Shown in pieces: positions 60,346 through 64,000 of a stretch of 64,000 bases of DNA (position 1 is the first letter of the stretch; each line of letters begins with the position of its first letter). Both the position numbers and the translations under genes were made by a program. The notes beneath the pieces were generated by a model. That model saw only the letters and a list, made by a program, of their open reading frames with translations, made no database searches and was not told the DNA's origin. Source of the stretch: Candidatus Avedoeria danica (GTDB lineage Bacteria > Chloroflexota > Anaerolineae > Epilineales > Epilineaceae); the NCBI GenBank assembly GCA_016703025.1, contig JADJCV010000003.1, positions 175,635 through 239,634 on the forward strand. The letters run 5' to 3'.

Positions 60346-62064
60346 CTACGGCTGCCCCGCCTGCCGACAACCCACGATGTACATCGGTCCGTTCCACATC
60401 GGGTGGTACGGCACGTTCGGGTTGCGGACGGACAGGCACTCCCGTGGCGGGTTCGCCGCTCCGACGCGCCGGGCGACGTTCAAGCCGAGGCGCCAGCCGT
60501 ACACGCCGTCCGGGTGGGCGGCCGCCGCGTCGAGGATGGCGGGCGGAAGCAGGCGCCGCGCCTCGGCGCAGATGCACCGGGCGGGGGCGGTGGGCGGCGG
60601 CGTCGCGCTCGGGACGGGCGACGGGCTGGCGGCCCGGGTCGGTGTCGCGGTCGGCGCGCCGTTCGGCGTCCGGTCGCACGGCCACGTGACGAAAACGTCG
60701 GCGTGGCCCTCCACGTCGTCCGGCACGATGTTCGTGGCCGCCGAGGCCCAGGCCACCTGCCGACCGTCCGCGGTGATCGAGAGGTCGTCGTGCATCGTGC
60801 CGCCGGCCGGCCGATCGGCCGGCTTGCCGTCCGGGGCAACGCTGATCCGGCGCCACAGGTGTTCGACGCGGTCGTGCACGTAGATGTCGGCGGGCGGCAT
60901 GCCGGCGCCGGGCGCCGCCGCAGCGCTGCCGGCAGCGTACGCCACGTAGCGCCCGTCGCCCGAGAGGACGGCGACGCTGCCGATGGCTGGGACGATGCGC
61001 CCGTCGGCGATGGCGCCCAGAGAGATGAACCGGTCCGATCCGCGGTCGCCCAGAACGAGGCTCTGCACCGGGGCGCCACCCGCCGCCGGGACGACCATCG
61101 CGCCGAAGACGACGATGCGGCCGTCGTCGCTGATCGTTTGGCGCCCGGCGAGCGCGCTGGTGACGATCCGCCCGCCTGAGAGCGATCCGTCGTCCAGTCG
61201 GTCGGTCACGCCGAGCTGGCGATCGACGACGTAGACGTGCGACTCGCCGTCCGCCGGCGGGGCGACAAGGTTGGTGGCGCGCGACGCGAAGACGACGAAC
61301 CGTCCGTCGCGTGAAAGGGCCACCGCCTCGGCGCCGTCGACGCCGACCGCGCCGCTCGGCCCGTCCGGTTCGTCCGGTCCCCCTCGGCTGATCCGCTCGA
61401 CGGCGCCGGTCCCGAGGTCGGCCACGAAGACGTCGGCATCTGCGCCGGCGTCGCCGGTCACGAGATCCGCGCTGGTCGACCAGAACGCCGCCAGGAAACC
61501 GTCGCGCGACAGCGCCGGCCAGCGCGAGGCGCCGTCGCTGCGGGTCGCGCCCGCCGCCCGGTCGACGACGTTGAGATCGAAACCGTCCAACCGCTGCGTC
61601 AGCACGCACGGCCGTCGCGGGATGGCCCCCGGCGCGCCGCAGCGCCACGGCGCGTTGAGCGTGGCGCGGCTGGCGAGGGCGACGAAGGCCACCGTGCTGC
61701 CGTCGCCCGACAGGAACGCCTCGTCCGCGCCGAACGCGCCGTCGTCCGCCGCGGCCGGCGACCCGCCGACCCGGTGCGTGATGCCGCGGACCCGATCGCG
61801 CACGAAGACGTCCCGGTTCCGGTTGTCGTCGCCGGACACGAGGTTGCCGGCGACCGACGTGAACACGACGTGCTGGCCGCTGTCGCTCATCCCGACCGCC
61901 AGGCTATCGGCGTCGGCGGCGGCGCCGTCGGCAGCCAGGCTGACGCGCTCCGTGCAAACGCTGGGCTGGCCCCACCAGCCGGCCCGTTGGGCGGCGGCGG
62001 GTGCGGCAGACGTTGCGACCAAACACCCGACGAGGGCGGCGGTGGCCATGAAGCGGCGGTGCAT
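60346..62064 (-). CDS. Secreted TolB-like/PD40 beta-propeller repeat protein with a Cys-containing C-terminal domain
   Basis: Signal peptide, then about 7 repeats of the form S.DG..V.F.S.A.NLV..D.N...DVFV.D (for example SDSGQHVVFTSVAGNLVSGDDNRNRDVFVRD). Confidence 0.8.
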   Translation of the reverse strand: MHRRFMATAALVGCLVATSAAPAAAQRAGWWGQPSVCTERVSLAADGAAADADSLAVGMSDSGQHVVFTSVAGNLVSGDDNRNRDVFVRDRVRGITHRVGGSPAAADDGAFGADEAFLSGDGSTVAFVALASRATLNAPWRCGAPGAIPRRPCVLTQRLDGFDLNVVDRAAGATRSDGASRWPALSRDGFLAAFWSTSADLVTGDAGADADVFVADLGTGAVERISRGGPDEPDGPSGAVGVDGAEAVALSRDGRFVVFASRATNLVAPPADGESHVYVVDRQLGVTDRLDDGSLSGGRIVTSALAGRQTISDDGRIVVFGAMVVPAAGGAPVQSLVLGDRGSDRFISLGAIADGRIVPAIGSVAVLSGDGRYVAYAAGSAAAAPGAGMPPADIYVHDRVEHLWRRISVAPDGKPADRPAGGTMHDDLSITADGRQVAWASAATNIVPDDVEGHADVFVTWPCDRTPNGAPTATPTRAASPSPVPSATPPPTAPARCICAEARRLLPPAILDAAAAHPDGVYGWRLGLNVARRVGAANPPRECLSVRNPNVPYHPMWNGPMYIVGCRQAGQP

Positions 62065-62233
62065 GCGGGCGTCCTTGCGGTCGAGGGCGGTGGGCTTTCT
62101 GAGCCGGCGTAGCGCCGTTCGTCAGGTCCTCGACACGTGGTGGCGGGCGAAGGTTCCATGGCAGGTGCAGTGCCGGCGGGTCGGATCCACGGGGTCGTGG
62201 ATGGTGGGGTCGAGCATGTCCGGTGGCAGGGTA

Positions 62234-63976
62234 TCAGTCGCGTCGCGCGACAGGAAGGTACACGGTGACCGACGGTCCCGGATCGTCGAACATCGTCGGC
62301 GTCGGAAGCGTTCCTGCCGTTGCAGTGACGGACGACGTGGAAGATGGACGCGGGGTCGCCGAGCCGGCCGCAGGCGTGTCCGTCGGCGGCACGCCCGGGG
62401 GCGACCTGAGGCCCTCGTCCGTCATCCGATCGATCTGGATGCAGCGGACCTGTCCGGCGAGCCCCATCCGGTCGTCGTAGATCGCCCGCACGGTCGATTG
62501 CCGGTCGGCTGGGGGGGCGGAGAGCTCGAGCGTTCGGCTCGGGTCGTCGAGCGTGAAGCCGCCCTCCCAGCTGTTCGGGGCGACCGTCCCGCACAGCCAT
62601 GCCGCGCGCGAGCCGTCCAGCATGCGCAGCCGCCGGACCAAGAGGTCGGCGTCCGTCTCGATCCAGATCGTCGCGCCGCCCGGCCGCTCGTGGACGCGGA
62701 AGCTGTGGGGCGCGCCGGGCGTGAGGGGCGGCGTCGTCGGGCGGGGCGTGCCGGCTGTGGGTGTCGGGCGGACGGGCGTCGCGCCGCCGGGTGTGGCGGT
62801 CGGTCCGGGTGTGGCGGTCGGGCCGGGCGTCGGGGCGGGCGGCCAGGCGAGGGGCGGTGCGGGCGGCGCGGCGGGGTCGGCGACGAACCACGGGCGGGCC
62901 GTCGCGTCGCGGCGGAAGAAGTCGTCCAGGAGCGTGGCCACTTTCAGGCGGCCATCGGGCGAGGGGTGCGTGCCGTCGTCGACGAAGTCGCTGCAGGCGT
63001 ACCACAGGCCGTCGGCGCGGGCGGTCAGGCCATCGGCCCAGAGGTTGGGGCCCCACAACAGGGCTGGCGCGACGACGGCGCCTTTGGCCGAATCGGCGTT
63101 CAGCGCGGCGTCGCCGTCGACTTGGCGGCGGATCAGCCACTGGATGCTGAACGCCGACTCGTAGGCGTACGGTTCGGGGTTCAGCGTCGTGGACGCGTAG
63201 CCGCCGTACGTCCGGTTGCCGAAGTAGGCCAGCTGCACGTTCGGAAACCGCGCGGCGGACAGGCGGACGATGTCGCCGAGCTCGTCGGCGAGCGTCTGGG
63301 CGTAGGCCGGGAAGCCGCTGCGCGGGCCGGCATCGGCCTCCTTGATCCAGAGCGCCTGCACCTGGGCCGCCGTGACCCCCGCCGCCTGCAGCCGCTGGTC
63401 GACGACGCGCCAGAAGTTGGCCGACGGGTCGCGGATCACGGCCGCCGTCTGCCCCCCCTGGGCCCCGTCGACGATCGTCAGCCGCGGGTTCAGCCCGCCG
63501 TTCGATGTCGTCAGTGACGCGAACCGGCTGAACGACTGCGTCGCGTTCGACATCCCGAGGCTGAGCAGCACGATCCGCCCGTCCGCTGCCGGCGTCCCAT
63601 CCGCCGCGCGCGGCGCGATCTGCGCGGCGCGCGCGGCGGCGAGCGCGGCATGGGCGGGCGGCGGGACATTGGCGCCCCGGCCGTACAGGCCGCCCGCGAA
63701 TCCCTGGTACATCGCGCCGCCGAGGGCGTCGATCGGGATGAGGCCGGTGGACGTGCCGGCGCAGTTCGCAAGCGGGGCGGCGCTGGCCGGGACCTCGCCC
63801 GCGGGCCGCGCGGCGGCGACGGCGAGGCAGGCGAGCGCCGCGCACGTGCAGCTCACCACGAAGCGAATCGCGGCGTGTCTCGAGGATTGAAGCGGGTTCC
63901 ACACAGCGGCCCTCCCGTTCAGCGCACCGTCGGCGCCAGGCACAGCCCGACGCAAGGCAGAACGCGACGCGGTCAA
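62234..63976 (-). CDS. Secreted SGNH/GDSL-like hydrolase with Pro/Thr linker and extra C-terminal domain
   Basis: IVLLSLGMSNATQ is a GxSN-type block I, and DGTHPS is a DxxH-type block V. The start is uncertain. The protein ends in VTVYLPVARRD. Confidence 0.7.
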   Translation of the reverse strand: MTASRSALRRAVPGADGALNGRAAVWNPLQSSRHAAIRFVVSCTCAALACLAVAAARPAGEVPASAAPLANCAGTSTGLIPIDALGGAMYQGFAGGLYGRGANVPPPAHAALAAARAAQIAPRAADGTPAADGRIVLLSLGMSNATQSFSRFASLTTSNGGLNPRLTIVDGAQGGQTAAVIRDPSANFWRVVDQRLQAAGVTAAQVQALWIKEADAGPRSGFPAYAQTLADELGDIVRLSAARFPNVQLAYFGNRTYGGYASTTLNPEPYAYESAFSIQWLIRRQVDGDAALNADSAKGAVVAPALLWGPNLWADGLTARADGLWYACSDFVDDGTHPSPDGRLKVATLLDDFFRRDATARPWFVADPAAPPAPPLAWPPAPTPGPTATPGPTATPGGATPVRPTPTAGTPRPTTPPLTPGAPHSFRVHERPGGATIWIETDADLLVRRLRMLDGSRAAWLCGTVAPNSWEGGFTLDDPSRTLELSAPPADRQSTVRAIYDDRMGLAGQVRCIQIDRMTDEGLRSPPGVPPTDTPAAGSATPRPSSTSSVTATAGTLPTPTMFDDPGPSVTVYLPVARRD

Positions 63977-64000
63977 CCAGCGATAGATCGCCCCGCCCGT

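Overview
High-GC bacterial chromosomal segment. The Thr/Pro-rich linkers and the SBBP, LVIVD, DUF11, cohesin and Big_1 domain repertoire look Chloroflexota-like, but that is inference only. All family calls come from reading motifs by eye and from memory of family signatures; no searches were run.

Layout:
- 1-8.7 kb, housekeeping: APC permease (cut by the window edge), TerC-family protein, tRNA-Lys(CTT) with an 800-bp DUF433/PIN-like toxin-antitoxin islet bounded by att-like repeats, tatA, a dksA-like/lspA/rluD operon, a GNAT acetyltransferase, a DUF11-like membrane protein, and OsmC.
- 8.7-17.4 kb, minus-strand cluster: a VWA-like gene that looks frameshifted, a 1185-aa double-VWA/beta-propeller protein, a CPBP intramembrane protease, and an S8 subtilase with two DNRLRE-like modules.
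- 17.7-42.3 kb, plus strand, very large secreted proteins: a beta-helix/cohesin protein, a Big_1/DUF11 protein, and three tandem giant paralogs (A 26020-31141, B 31625-36937, C 37139-42307).
- 42.6-43.5 kb: SAM methyltransferase.
- 43.5-56.3 kb, minus strand: S8/PA/PKD subtilase, a 1206-aa repeat protein, and an ECF sigma factor translationally coupled to a 1440-aa membrane protein (putative anti-sigma).
- 56.5-60.2 kb: nadA-nadB-nadC.
- 60.3-64 kb: a TolB-like propeller protein and an SGNH-like hydrolase.

Most notable observations:
1. The three giant paralogs share a near-identical core of about 1.8 kb but have diverged N-terminal halves. A and B also share a block of about 3.08 kb that is almost identical. 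Copy A carries a one-base frameshift in a G run, and copy B has lost its stop codon.
2. An uncharacterised module of about 100-200 aa occurs 4 times per paralog and at least 7 times in the ECF-linked repeat protein.
3. The module's first-strand motif (VYLPVARR-like) recurs as the extreme C-terminus of four otherwise unrelated secreted proteins in this window.
4. A conserved three-box DNA module lies upstream of all three paralogs.
5. CCGAAC-N17-CGTC (ECF-type) motifs lie upstream of the sigma gene and of its upstream neighbour.

No CRISPR array, integrase, transposase or rRNA was seen.
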